Shown here: piece by piece, positions 48,716 through 62,410 of the stretch
Layout: each line of letters opens with the position of its first letter
Numbering within the stretch: position 1 is the stretch's first letter
Source of the DNA: Octopus sinensis
Taxonomy: Eukaryota
Direction: 5' to 3'
DNA length: 64,000 nt
Assembly: GCF_006345805.1 (NCBI RefSeq)
Contig: NC_043010.1
Location: 47,988,001 to 48,052,000 of the forward strand
Translations under genes and position numbers: made by a program
The notes under the pieces: model-generated
The model's database searches: none
The model's input: only the letters and a program-made list of their open reading frames with translations
Told to the model about the DNA's origin: nothing

Positions 48716-49639
48716 ACCTTTTATTTTAAAAAGTTTTTAAAAATTGGAGAGTGCGTGTGCATGTATGTATATGCATGTATATATATTTATATGAAGCATT
48801 TTTCTCATTTAAAAAAAAAATATTTGTCCCATCTGTTACCTGTCAATTGCCAACGATTTTATCATTTTTTAAAAATGCATTTTTGCTTTCATATAATGTG
48901 CCAAATAGACATTGCTTTTGTTGTTAGTCAAAATAATGTGTAATTTTCATTGCTTTTCTTGCTGCTGCTGCTGCTGCTTCTTCAATCTAAGATAGCTGAC
49001 CATTATTAGCACTTTATTAACATCAATTCCCCTTGGCATTTTAGCAACTATTCAAACAGTTGTTATATTTTCTTTAGATGGAATTTTGTAGACATAAACT
49101 ATACAAACCCTCTATGTGTGTGTGCATGTGCACTTTCACACACATACTCATGTTTATCAATCAGAGTAATGAGGATCATCTTGTCATCCTTAAGGCTGAC
49201 TTTGTTCAAAGTGAAGAATAGTTGTGTACCATCAACTTCACCCTGTCATATGTGATCATTTTCAATCCAGTGGCAAGACCAGGTCAAGAAGATAAGGGAT
49301 GGAAACAGATGCAGTGGATGACCATGATATTCACATCTTATGCTCTTCATTCTTCAATGCCCTGCTACAGCATTTCCCCGCTCTGTTGATCTATGATGGT
49401 TTCTTGCACACAGTGTTCTGGATCCAGTCTTTATATGCATTGGTAGACAAACCTTAATAGGTTAATTAACTCATAGCTGAGATCCTGACAGGTGCTACTA
49501 CCCTGGATCAGTGTAGACCTAAGAGGTTGTTCCACACTTTTCAGAACCCTGGAACTCTCAAGCCAGACTCCACTTCCTCACAATTGGGTTTGGGACATTG
49601 GAGAAACATGTCTGGTCACACATAGACTTCTTTGTCAAG

Positions 49640-49948
49640 TCTTGCATCATCACATCTCTGTTCTAGTCAACTGAGACAAGGATCTCATATCAACGGTGAA
49701 ATCGAAACACTTAAATGGTATCACCTGAAATGTCCAAGGCATATATTGGATATCAGCTGGGAATTTTTTATGTCTGACTCAGAAGAGTTGGAAAATACAG
49801 GTTGTCTCATCATATGTGATGGGTTAGTCATGTCATTCATCTTGATAATTCGAGGCTGCTAAATTTAAATGTCACAGTGAATTAGTTCTTAGTAACTATA
49901 CACAGCACAAACCAAAGACGAAATTTCGTGATACCACAACAAAACATG
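49640..49948 (+). mobile_element. decayed RTE-type LINE fragment
   Basis: Peptide IETLKWYHLKCPRHILDISW resembles the RTE RT C-terminal FHxxCLRxILxIxW motif. Confidence 0.55.
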
Positions 49949-49949
49949 C

Positions 49950-50178
49950 TTAACCCTTTCGTTACTGTATTTATTTTGAAGGGCTATGTGTTTCTTTCAA
50001 TTACATTAAATATAACAAAGAATTTAGTAAAATAACTTAGTTATCATTCAGCTAGTGTTAGGAACATAAATTGCGACTAAGGTTTGGTGGAAGATTTTAA
50101 TTCAAAACTTATGAAAACAAGGCATTTGCACTACAGAGCCAGAGCTGGTTTCGGCCGGGTTGGTAACAAAAGGGTTAA
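49950..50178. mobile_element. piggyBac-like MITE
   Basis: TTAA|CCCTTTCGTTAC...GTAACAAAAGGG|TTAA. Confidence 0.85.
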
Positions 50179-50724
50179 ATCCTTGAATATCAACACTATT
50201 GGTTAGCAGCATTTTGTGCTGAATACAAGCAAAAAGAAGAACAATGTGAAGTTTGAGAAAACTCAAATTGCCCAAGCATTGCTGTGGGTGTTGGTGTCAT
50301 GATAAAAGCACCCAATACACTCTGTGAAGTGGTTAGCATTATGAAGAGCATCTAGCCATAGAAACTAGGCCAAAACAAACTATGGAACCTGGTGTGGACC
50401 CTGGCCTTGCCAGTTCCTGTCAAGCCATCCCACCCATGCCAGCACGGAAGACAAACTTTAAATGTTGATATGGTAGAAGATCAAGAGGTGATCTCAATTG
50501 CACTTTGTAGTTACATCACACTTTCAAATGCCAGCATGTTATCCATCCATGAAAGGTTGCACATGATGCTTTTATGCCAACAGTTATACTGGAACACTGC
50601 TGTCCTTTATATCCAAAAGTGTGTTAGCTGCTGCTGAACTGAAAATCCATTTCAGACAAATGCACAATAACAGAGTTGCTGTTAATGAGATACATAACAA
50701 AATTCCATGCTAATATATATATAT

Positions 50725-51365
50725 GCTGCTGGACTGGCTCCTGTGCAGGTGGCACATAAAAAGCACCATTTGAGCATGGCCGTTGCCAGTACCACCTAAC
50801 TGGCCCTCGTGCCGGTGGCACATAAAAGCATCCACTACACTCTCAGAGTGGTTGGCGTTAGGAAGGGCATCCAGCTGTAGAAACTCTGCCAGATCAGATT
50901 GGAGTCTGGTTCGCCAGACCTCAGTCAAATCGTCCAACCCATGCTAGCATGGAAAGCGGACGTTAAATGATGATGATGATGTAATAATAGGTGCAGGTAT
51001 GGCTGTGTGGTAAGATGCTTGCTTCTGAGTTCAGTCCCATTGTGTGGCAACTTGGGTGGGTGTCTTCTGCTATGGCCTTGGGCTGACTGAAGCCTTGAGA
51101 GTAAATTTGGTAATATGGAAATGGAAAGAAGCCTGTTGTGAGTGTGTATGTGTGTGACTTTGTGTCTGTTTTTGTCCCCACCACTTGACAACTGGTGTTG
51201 GTGTGTTTACATCCCCATAACTTAGCTGTTTGGCAAAGGGGGCCAAGAGAATAAGTACCAGGCTTTAAAAAAAAAGGTACTGGGGTCAATTCATTCAAAT
51301 TAAAATTCTTTAAGGCAGTGCTCCAGCATGGTCACAGTTTCGTGACTGAAACCAGTAAAAGACAA
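50725..51365 (+). mobile_element. SINE family C (50725-50980) followed by SINE family A (50990-51365)
   Basis: Similarity to the other copies. Confidence 0.8.
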
Positions 51366-51379
51366 TAACTTAAAACTAA

Positions 51380-52300
51380 ATTAGGGTCAGGTAGTCATCT
51401 GTGACTACAGACATACGCACCTCTTTTACTATTCACATACAGCTAGGTGGCATTCAATTGGTGTATCAAGTTTCGGGCATTTTGATTGGGTCTTGGATAG
51501 AAAATTCACAAAAAAGTCACTTCTATTGATTTTTTAATGTCTTTGCGGGGTGACTGGGGAAATGTAAAGATGTGCACGACCACCCTTGGACGGTTTTGAA
51601 TGACCATGGAAAGTGCGAGCCCTCTAACTGAAAAAGTGTGGATTTGTATAAAGGACACACACACACACACACAGACATTTTGCCATTTATATATAGAGAG
51701 ATTAAACACAGCTAGTCCAGAAATCTTTTAATACCATTTTGTACAATAAACTCATGCACATACACACACACTCACACATAATCTCATGTGTCTATGTTTA
51801 TGTTTACATTGATCTAAATAACACAAGTGTTTTGTTGTATGCCTATCTATCCATTGTCTAGAAGTTCAACAAGTAGAGTTGATGAAATCTCTATATCTAT
51901 AAACAGCAAAATATCTGTATGCCTGTGTGTCCGTGTGTCCTTTATACAAATCCATAGTTTTTCATGTAAAGGGCTCACATTTTCTACGGGCTTTCAAAAC
52001 TGTCTGAGGGTTGTTGTGAAGATCTTTTCATTTCCCCAGTCACCCCAGAAAGCCCTTAAAAAAAATTGATAAACCGACCCCTTATGCCCATAAGTTATGG
52101 GCACATGGGCATTGCCGAAGTCCAATGAATATTAATTACTCTCATAAAAAGCTCCAACTAGCTCATAAACAACAAAACTGGCCCTGGCTGAAATGTGATA
52201 AGAAACTTAGCTCTTGATTTTGTGAGAAATTTTCACTGCGACCCAGCAACGAACAACAAGCACTAGCACAAGACCCGGCAACGCTGGGTCATAGTGCTAG
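51380..52300. mobile_element. two Helitron-like elements in opposite orientation (~51380-51702 minus; 51888-52300 plus)
   Basis: Both resemble 27020-27200. The plus copy ends with hairpin GACCCGGCAACGCTGGGTC and CTAG|T at 52297-52300. Confidence 0.7.
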
Positions 52301-53084
52301 TATCTAATGTAAAGTACTGGAGTACTAAGATTGATGTGGTTGACCAAGTTTGTGTTGTAGAATGGTTATTGCTAAAGAAAAGAAACTAGTTGAAGAATAT
52401 AAAAATTATCCCAAAAGAAAGGCCTTTAATGGGTTTTTTCAATATCTGACAACAAAAACAGTTGAATGCTTGATAAGAACATAACATTGAATTTAGTTTT
52501 TGTATGTTCTAGGTTCAATCCTGCCAGTGTTGATTTTGCTTTTTCTTCTCCCAGGAACAACGAACTAAGTCACGTGACCCAGTCAATTATGGTGGTTTAA
52601 CACAAATGTAAAAGTCAATATTTGAGGGTTCATACTAAGTTCCTTAGTAGCCTAGTATCTGAATGAAATTCATTTGTACTTTACAAAGGAGATAAAAAAT
52701 TTTTAAAAAAAGGCTGACCAATGGCTTGTGAGTGAATTTGGTAAACTATGTGGAAGCCCAAATATATGTTTCTCTGTCCCAACCCTTCACGACTTGTTAA
52801 CCAGTGTTGGTTTGTTTATGCCCCCATAAGTTAGCAGTTTGTTAAAACAGACTGATTAGAATAAGTACCAAACAAAATATAAATACTGGGTCGATTTGTT
52901 AGATGAAAACCCTTTAAAGTGGTACCCTAGCATGGTCACAGTCCAGTGACTGAAACAAAAGATAGATTTAGTTGAGATAAAGGTTAGTTGTTACTTTTAC
53001 ATCTCCCACAGTTATATAAGTTATCTCTCTTTGACAATTTACTTGCTATGTGTGGGAAATATTTACATGCGTGTAGATCAGTTT

Positions 53085-53325
53085 CTTATTTCTTATTTCT
53101 TTATTGCCCACAAGGGGCTAAACATAGAGGGGACAAACAAGGACAGACAAAGGGATTAAGTCGATTACATCGAGCCCAGTGCGTAACTGGTACTTAATTT
53201 ATCGACCCAGAAAGGATGAAAGGCAAAGTCGACCTTGGCGGAACTTGAACTCAGAACGTAACGGCAGACGAAATACGGCTACGCATTTCGCCCGGCGTGC
53301 TAACGTTTCTGCCAGCTCGCCGCCT
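53085..53325 (-). mobile_element. SINE family B, young full-length copy
   Basis: CpG-rich intact head and (TTCTTAT)n tail. Confidence 0.85.
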
Positions 53326-53336
53326 TTTGCGTAGAT

Positions 53337-53567
53337 CAGTTGTTCTCTCTGGGGTCCATATGACCCTTCGGCTTCCATATAAGATTTTGTTAAAGTTTAT
53401 GTGCAATAAATTAGTTATACTTCTACAATACACAGAATGTTTTAACAATTTTTAAAGGCAATTCTTATAGTATTTAATTATAAAAATATAATAGGTTTTT
53501 AGACATTGAATGGTTACAGGGGTCCATCCGAGTAAAATAGATATCAAAGGGGTCCGTAGAACCACTA
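53337..53567. mobile_element. hAT-like MITE
   Basis: CAGTTGTTCT...AGAACCACTA ends; degenerate 8-bp TSD GCGTAGAT / TTGTAGAT. Confidence 0.55.
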
Positions 53568-54082
53568 TTGTAGATGCTGCTTGTTTTTCTACTCAAAAAC
53601 ACGCATTACTGAGTGAGGAAGCAAAAGTAAAGAGAAAGGACTTTAGTTGGAAATAGCAAACACTAAGGTACCTTTATTCTTATTTTTCTTTTATAACAAA
53701 AATCAGTTAGTGTGTGTGGTTATCCTCACCTATGGTCCTGAATGTTGAGTAATGACTGAAAGTTTGTTTAATGAGGGCTGACGTGGGGTTAAGCAACAAT
53801 AAGAGGAAAACAGAAGCTATAGGTGGGAAACCAATAAGGGAAAATATTAATTCCTTAGGTATGATACTTATGAACTTCTGTACAAAGATAACAGAAGTAA
53901 AAAAAAAAAAAAAAGAAAAGAAAAAGAAAATTGCTGTTCATCACTGCTTCTCTATCCCTTTATTTTTGTTTTGTTCTTTGAATTAGAGAAATTAAGGACA
54001 ACTAAAACAAGAAATTTTTAAATCACTGAAAATATTGAAATAAATGATTTCTATATTTTTGCTGTTCTTCAGGTGCAAACAA

Positions 54083-54514
54083 ATGGCGGAAGAGACAAAA
54101 ATTATCGAACCTTCTAGTGGTGCTGACCAAACAGCGTGCAATAAATGTTCACAGGATGGTGAAAGTTCTGTGAAAGACTGTGACCAATGCCAACCAGTGC
54201 CAAAGCAATTATCTTCTGATATTGTAAATTCTCCCTCAGAACCTGATGTGTTGCAGTCATATAAACAGAAAGCATGGTACCAGAAATTTGTAATTGTGCT
54301 TGATAGCGAGGATGAGGATGGAAGTGATAAAGAATGTAGTGATTGTGATAGTGGTTATAATGAATGGAACGAGGAAAATAATGAAAACACCAGTGATAGT
54401 AAACCAAATTCTCTTCCTTCTTCAATCGATCCCAAAGAACTTGAGGCTTTGGAAGAATTGTTCAAAAACACAGATTGGATGGGTTCTGGATTAAAACAAT
54501 CTTGTGAAGAATAA
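54083..54514 (+). CDS. uncharacterised 143-aa acidic protein with 3 CxxC pairs and a SIM-like VIVLDSEDED motif
   Basis: Acceptor ttcttcag| at 54072; AAAATGG Kozak context; purine-rich open frame outside any recognised repeat; AATAAA at 54776-54781. Confidence 0.75.
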   Translation: MAEETKIIEPSSGADQTACNKCSQDGESSVKDCDQCQPVPKQLSSDIVNSPSEPDVLQSYKQKAWYQKFVIVLDSEDEDGSDKECSDCDSGYNEWNEENNENTSDSKPNSLPSSIDPKELEALEELFKNTDWMGSGLKQSCEE

Positions 54515-57500
54515 ATATTTCACTGCATTGGGTTATACAAATCCACTTCATCAAACAGTATTTTCTTCCTTTACAATGGCCCCAACTGTATATTCTACCA
54601 AGAACTCATCTCAGTCCATTCATCACACAGAAAAAAGAGGCCCTCCTTCCAATTTCCTCACATCTATTACACATGATTTGATTTGGGAGAATGTCTTTCA
54701 TTCAAGAGAAGAGGAATTTTTTAAAATTTTAGATAAACTAATTATTCCATGAAGATATTTTCATTATTCATTCCAAATAAATGTATATAATTTTAAATTT
54801 GAACATTGTCTCTGCTAATAATGATGATGGAAGGTATATAACAAAACTCTAATTTTGAAATGTACAGTAAGCACTGCAGTGCATCACAAAATTGTCAGAA
54901 TAACTGGTTGTTTTTTTCTAAACAAAATAATTTGTGCATATTTAAAACTAACTTGCATTTTAATTATTTTTAAAAAATAAATTCAACATCTAAATCATGG
55001 TTTATAAAATTTAGAATGTGATTGAATTTTGGGTAAACCTGTCTTAATAATCAGCATTAGTTTAACCCTTAAGCATTCAGATTGCTCTGTCAACTGTAAT
55101 GCTTATTTATTCACATTGTTTTGAATTAATCCTGCATTTTCTTGTAGTTTTGAGATTTCAATGATATGATTTTTAGAGTGATATTGTTGGGTAGGTGTGA
55201 GAGGCTGGACCTGGCCAGCTTGAACATAAAACATGTAGAATATTTGTATCAGATATGGCCAGTCTAAATGCTAAAGAGGTAGTAGCATGGCTGAATTAGT
55301 ACAGTGTTGACCAAAATACCTTGCATTAATACATCCATTTATATTTTGAGTTCAAATTCCACTAGGGTTGATTTTTACATTCCATACTTTCAGTGTCGGT
55401 CAAATAAAGTACCACTCAAGTACTGGAGTTGATATTATTGGCTACAAATTTGAGGCTTTATACCTATGTTTGAAATCATTAATGCTTTAAAAGTAATATT
55501 TCATCATCATCATCTTACTTTTGTCTTTGTTTTTCCATGCCTACATGAAGTAGAGCAGTCAGTCTTCTTTAACAAGGTGTCCTACCACTTGTTACAGTCT
55601 TTTGTGAAGTTCATCCTCCTATGATCAGCTTTTACCACTTTTTTTTTTTTTTGCATCTTCCTTGGTCTTTCTCTTTTGCAGGTTTGTTCCATTACAATTA
55701 CTGAGCGACTTCAAACTTTTTTTTTTTATTTATAAAGTAAAAAAAAAAAATGCAAAACAAATTTAGTATTCACTTGGTTATGTATTATAATTCATTTTTT
55801 GTTTCCTTTTATTATTGTGGGTTTAATTATTTTACAATTTTTTGTTTTTACATGAAGGGGGTTCAAGTAATCCATTGGGATTAAACAGAGATTTGGATAA
55901 AATTCCTTTTCATCATTATCATAGAATTATCTAGAATACACTGAAACTTAGATATAGGAATTTTCATAGTGTGATCTCAGAGAAATGGTAAGAGCCGATT
56001 CTATCTACTCGCATCAGTTGTTACCTGTCAAGACACTACATCCTTCAAAACCTCCATGCTTCCTGAAATTCACCAACAGTACACATGATGCTCCCCACCT
56101 CAGTTCTTTGTTTTCAGAGATTTATTTACTGTTCACTTTCTGTGTGCTGTCTATGCAGTTTTGGTTCCTTTTTCTAATGATCCGTAGTGCACCTGAACAC
56201 AGTATATACAATAAGTTTATTATTTTTTTATTTAAAAAATTTAAGTGCTTATTTGGAGATAAAATATCTTATGTAGGAAGACATTGAATTAAATACAGAA
56301 AAAAATTACTCTTTTTTTGCAGTATCTTTCCTTCCAAAATTGCATTTGGGAAGATCTGCCTTTAATAATTTAATATCTACCAAAAAAAAAAAAAAAAAAT
56401 TGTTTGATGCTTGGCTCTACCAATAACTGATTGATGATTGAGTTTGTTTCTAAGTAGTTGTTTGGGCCTCAGTTCACATAACTCTTGGAAATATCAACCA
56501 GATCTGATTGAATTAGTTACAATTTTTTTCATTGTTCTATGTTAAAGAAGCATCTGTGTGATTGTTGGACATATTAGAAATGGCAATATGTCCCTCCAAT
56601 CAAACCCTACTTTCTTAAAAAGTGGATAGAGACCTTGGTGATAATGTGATTCTTGATACACTATATGTCAATAAAAGATGGGATGGTCATGTCTGGTGCA
56701 TCTTTGTTTATAGGTCTACTTAAACAATGTTGGCCTGGAGATTAATGACAGCATCTGTGTTTTCCTATGCTGTAAGAGTTGTGTAATCTACTATAAAATG
56801 AATATTTTAAGCCTCTGTTGCAAGACTCATCATGTGACCTGTTAACACGAGGCCAAAGAGTTGTTTCTTAAAAGTAATTGGATTGGTAATACCTTTTAAC
56901 CAGCTATTATTGCTATTTGTTGTTTAGCTCCATTCCACCCTGACAGAACAGGCTTACACTAAAAAACATTCCAACCATGACCATCATATCTTATTTGGAG
57001 TATCTATGTCTACATTATCCATATCCTTCCTTGTTTAAGATTGTTGGTGATTTTCCTTTGAAAGAGAGGTAGCTACTGTTTCTAGCAGGTTCATCCATTA
57101 GATCAAACTATGTCATAGTATAAGGAAATAAATACCAAAGGTTTTAGTTTGTGATCTTATAATCTCAGCTCTTGTGTTTTGCTATTAATAAATCTTCCTC
57201 TAGCTAAGCTTTAAACCTTTCCTTGTCTTGTGTATCACATGATATACAGGACATATTCCTCTAGAATCTATGTATCATACTTGACAAACATACCCAATTT
57301 TTTTCAACCATTAGAATAACTTGTGTCTTATAAAAGGAAAGCTTTATGAAAACAAGTGTGACCATTTGAGATAAACTTATGAAAATGCTTTGGATAAACA
57401 AGTAGTTAAAATTACTGGGTATATCTGTATCATCTGGTCTTGTTACTACCACCAGAACTAAGAAGGGGTACACAACCCTCAAAAACAATCATAGGGCATG

Positions 57501-57759
57501 TCTTCAATATTGCTTATTTCTTCAAAATCTTAAACCTAAGAAACTTTTGATATTCTTATTGTAAGAAATATAACTTTATACATAAACTCACTGACTGTGA
57601 AGTTAAGATGTTTGCTTTCTAACTTCTTGTTGAGGAGTTTAAATAGCCAATGTGATGTACCAGTAGTCAAGGTTTATTACTGTTCATGATTCATTTATTT
57701 TTTATAACGTTAATTTTTCACATGTATTGTATATAATATTGTACATCTACTTGTATGTC

Positions 57760-57905
57760 TTGACATTCTGAGTTCAATTACCACCAAGATTGACTTTGTC
57801 TTCCATCTTTTCAGGGTTGATAAAATAAGTACCAGTTAGGTACTGGGGTCGATATAATTAACTTACACCCTCCCATGAATTTGCTGGCCTTGTGCCAAGA
57901 TTTGA
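57760..57905 (+). mobile_element. SINE family B fragment
   Basis: Similarity to 37440-37645. Confidence 0.7.
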
Positions 57906-59024
57906 AAGTAATATTGTATATTTACTTAGTGGTTCTCTCATCACTACTTTAGCAAGTGCTGTAAAGACTATGCTTTGCCAATGAGGACTAATAAGACTGA
58001 AACATGCCTGGAGCTATCTACCCCCATGCATACCAAAATGATTAAAATAATATTAGTTTTTGAGCTAATGTCTTTTTCTCATCACATTAAACTTTTAATG
58101 CTCACAGTGTTAATACTAATGTAATTATTACTTACTCAAATTTGATAGGCTAAAAACAAAAAGGAAGAAAGAAAAAACATTTCAATAATCAGTTAAATGA
58201 TTAATGGTAGGGATGGTATTTAGCAGTAAAATCATTTGCTCTAACAGAACAATCCCAGAAAGTCAAAGCACAGAATTAAGTACCACTGAGCATTTAGACA
58301 AGTAATCTACCAATTCTGGAATTTCACTTCAGTTTATATATACAACTAGACTTGGTAGAAATAGCAGGCAAATCTCCCTCAAAACACCCTAGTCTTAATC
58401 CAACAATTCTGCTTATTATGTAGTTTTAATGAGAAACTGTAACTAAAGATTAAGATTATTAACCCCACAAAGATTTGAAAGAAGAGAGACAGCATAGCAA
58501 AAGATTTGGCTGGCTGTCATCCTGTACTAACCTCGTTGCTAGTGAATTGGTATATGCAGGCTGTGTGAGTAACTGGTTGTTTTAATGGTGGAACAGGAAT
58601 TCCATTAGAAAAAGTTTTAATCGATTTTTCTTTCGGTAACTATAGAGGCTAGGAAAAAAATACAAACCACATTCCAATCTATGCACCAGTCTCCACATGT
58701 GTGCCATTTTTCACACGAATCCACCCAGCTGTTTGGCTGTGAACCTCAAGACAAGAAAGAATACAACGACTGCCCATGTCCAATTTATATTAAAGATTAT
58801 TAATCAATGCAGTTGTAATCCTACTTTCAAAATATTGTTTAACGAAAAGAGTTGTTGGGGGTATCCATATCCAGACATAAAAATATGAATGTTGTGTCAA
58901 ATAAGATGTAACCTTCAGAATGTTACCAACCTGCTTGAGACTGCTCACAGGCTCTATAATACAAACTTCCTGTTCTATCAAAATTTCATGTTAATTGTAA
59001 TTTCTATGCTAGTTTAATAAAGAT

Positions 59025-59230
59025 TTCAAATTTTGGCATAAGGCCAGCAATTTCAGGTGAAGAGAGTAAGCCAATTACATCGACCCCAGTATCCAACTGG
59101 CACTTATTTTATTAAACCTGAAAGAAATAAAGTCGACCTTGGCAGAAATTGAACTCAGAATTTAAAGATGGATGAAATGCTGCTAAGCATTTTACCCACT
59201 GTGCTAACAACTCTGCCAGCTTGCTGTCTT
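59025..59230 (-). mobile_element. SINE family B
   Basis: Similarity to 36515-36725. Confidence 0.75.
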
Positions 59231-59519
59231 AATGATAAAATTATGGCAGTTTAATAATGGCAATTTTATTTTACTAAATTCTTCATTATTTTCAAAACTA
59301 ATTGAAACAAAAGCAGTGTAATTGAATAGAAATATGGTAACAGAAGATTAATATAAATTCCTTTTCAGTGTTGTTGCTATTGTTCAAGTTAGTTCTAACC
59401 AAGAAAACTGCAGAATAACTGACAGATTTGTTCTGAATGTGTTGTACCTCTATCCAGCTGATGACTGTAAAGCACACACTAGCATATAGCATACAATGCA
59501 GAGAAACAGTCTGGACACA

Positions 59520-59870
59520 TATTTGTTATTTCTTTATTGCCCACAAGGGGCTACACACACAGGGGACAAACAAGGACAAATGGATTAAGTCAATTATATC
59601 GACTCCTATGCGTAACTGTACCACTGTGCAAACATTTCTTATTTCTTTACTGCCCACAAGGGGCTACACACAGAGGGGACAAACAAGGATAGAAAAATGG
59701 ATTAAGTCGATTATATTGACCCCAGAGTGTAACTGGTACTTATTTAATCGACCCCGAAAGGATGAAAGGCAAAGTTGACCTCGGTGGAATTTGAACTCAG
59801 AATGTAATGGCAGACGAAATACCACTAAGCATTTTGCCTGGCATGCAAACGTTTCTGCCAGCTTGCCGCC
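59520..59870 (-). mobile_element. SINE family B with an extra copy of its 3' end
   Basis: 59520-59618 repeats 59635-59736. Confidence 0.8.
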
Positions 59871-60101
59871 TGGACACATATTCTCTCTACTGCCTAGTCT
59901 GTTTCTGAATGTACTTGAAAGTGTCTTGAATGATGGACATTCTCATAAGTTATCACTACAAATTTAAGGTGTTATCAATCTTGTTTTTGCTGAAAATATA
60001 ATTAATCATACATCCATGTTTGGAAAAAAAAAAACTTTTGATTTTCATACTCTGCAATTTTTGTACTTTAACATCTTAAAGTGTTGGTGTCTCCTTAAAT
60101 A

Positions 60102-60318
60102 CAAGGGGGTGCTGAAGGGTTCCTGGTTTTAAAGGTATTGTGAAAAGCCTAGTTGGAGGCCCAACCTTCCAAGTTATTTTACAGGGCTAAGCACAACTGA
60201 AGGACCACTGCAATAGGTGTATGAATCTGGGAGGGGATTATGTTGAATAAAATCATAATTTACTGATTCTCCTGTATTTCCTTTTACCCAAAGGCAGGGA
60301 CTTTTCAGCATCCTCTCA
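60102..60318. mobile_element. mariner-like MITE
   Basis: TA|CAAGGGGGTGCTGAA...TTCAGCATCCTCTCA|TA. Confidence 0.65.
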
Positions 60319-60739
60319 TATATGAAGCAAGGGCCTGATATATTTATGAAGAAGGAAATGGGATGCTATGAAGCTCATTTTTTTTTTATCATAATGCTAA
60401 GCTCAGAGTTTAGTCAAAAGCAATCCTTTAGAATTAGATGATAGTTAATCTATGTTAATCTGGCAAACAACAAAGAAAAGAGAAACGACAGTACAAAATA
60501 ATTTTATATTTCTGAGATGAGGAATTTATCTTATGTATACTGTTTATATTAATCAGGCTGATGTTCTAACCTTGGTTGTTGCTTGTATAAAATGTAAAAC
60601 AAAATAAAGCAATAGCACTTATTACTTTTAATACAAAATATTCAAAATAACAAAGTCATACACATTTTACAGCCATATTTTATGGTATATAGTTTTTTTT
60701 AAATTTTGAACATTACAGTTTTTTTTTTATAGCATCAAC

Positions 60740-60888
60740 AATTTATTTTTAAAGAATAAACTACAATTTAAATGGAATATATGGACTTTCCCATGGAAGA
60801 AAGCTATTGGTCATGATTCCTTGTTGTTGCTGTTAATATTTGGTACCCATTAAAGGTATTCCTCTGGAGTACATTTAAAAAACTGCAA
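60740..60888 (-). other. possible 3'-terminal exon of a gene entering from the right edge
   Basis: rc acceptor ctttctgtttag|TTGCAG, short open frames (e.g. LQFFKCTPEEYL*), AATAAA (rc) at ~60743-60748. Confidence 0.3.
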
Positions 60889-61689
60889 CTAAACAGAAAG
60901 CATCAAATGATAAGATATCAAAACAATTAAACATAATTTATGCAAATGTATGAAAAAAAATGACAGCAATTTTAAAACAACATAGAAATTGAATAATGTT
61001 CCAAAATGCATTAAATTGTAGGTGGGTACACTCTTTTACTTATTGAATGAGGTGTTGCTGTTTCAACCAAATAAAATTTTTTTTTGTCCTTGGTCAGTAA
61101 GTGTTATTTCCTATTTGCTTCTATCTAGAAATCAAAGGAAATCACTACTATTCCCTTCAAACTCTGTTTTTGTGACCTAGATGTCAATGTTTCGAGTACC
61201 AGAAACTGGAGCAATGTGAAATGAAGTGTTTTGCTCAAGAACACAACATGCTGCCCAGTCAGGGAATCAAACACAATCTTGCGATCGTGAGCACAACAGC
61301 CTAACTACTAGGCCATGTGCCTTTATGTGTCACATGATCACGTGATATATAACACATATACATACAACATACAAACAAGACACATAATTCATACCTACAT
61401 ACATACATATGACTACATATATATAATACACACACATACATACATATGACACACATATGACATCATGGCAGATCTTTGATGCAGAGTCTGTTCGTCTGTG
61501 CCATACCCATCAGCTACATTTTGATCAAAGTACAACAGATATGACATACATGATAAATCTTATAAATGGACCCTGTTTTACAAACCATTAGTCATTAAAT
61601 CCTTAAATCCTTAAAAATGTTTTAGCCCGAAGGCCGTGGCCATGCTGTAACAATAGTACAAGATGCAGATAAGACATGCATGATAGATT

Positions 61690-61807
61690 TTACAAGAATG
61701 TGATGCCAGATTCAATACTGTCATTCAATCCTTCGATGATTCCATTCCATTGCAAATGTTCAGAGAAGACATTTGGTCCAGACATTGACTTTCTTCCCTT
61801 AACAAAC
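61690..61807 (-). other. possible exon of the same right-edge gene
   Basis: rc acceptor tttttctttctaag| followed by purine-rich open frames (LLREESQCLDQMSSLNICNGMESSKD* or FVKGRKSMSGPNVFSEHLQWNGIIEGLNDSIESGITFL*); frame undetermined. Confidence 0.3.
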
Positions 61808-62410
61808 TTAGAAAGAAAAAATTTTTTATTTATTTCTGAAAAAATTTTTTTTTTCAAAAACTTTTTCTTGCCTCATACATATAAACACCCCCTTTGGTCA
61901 TGAACGACTATGTGATGCACCTAGAAAATTATCACTGAGCCAAATCTGGGAATCGAATTCACTACCTCATGATTGCGAGCCTGTCGCTCTAGCCACTGAG
62001 CCATGCACCTTCACTATATATATATATAATATGAAGAAGTAAATGGTATAGTTATCCACTTTATACAGCGCAACTAATAAGCACTCTAATAGAGCTTCAG
62101 GAATATAAAATTAAGAAAGAGAGAAACAAATTTCAAAGGTCGAATTTTTGAAATTCCCAACAATATACATAGATGTGTTCACATATATGAGGCATGGTAA
62201 AAATTCATAAGCATTTATGAATATATAAATATACACAGATTTATAAATATATAAAAATTTATAAATCTATAAAAATTTATAAATATATAAAAAATTATAA
62301 ACATACATAAATATAAATACATAGATGTACTTGCGAGGTTGAATGCTTGTGTTAGGATCAATGAGAAAGTTAGTATAAAATGATTTGAGAGGAATCTTGA
62401 ATGAGTGCCA

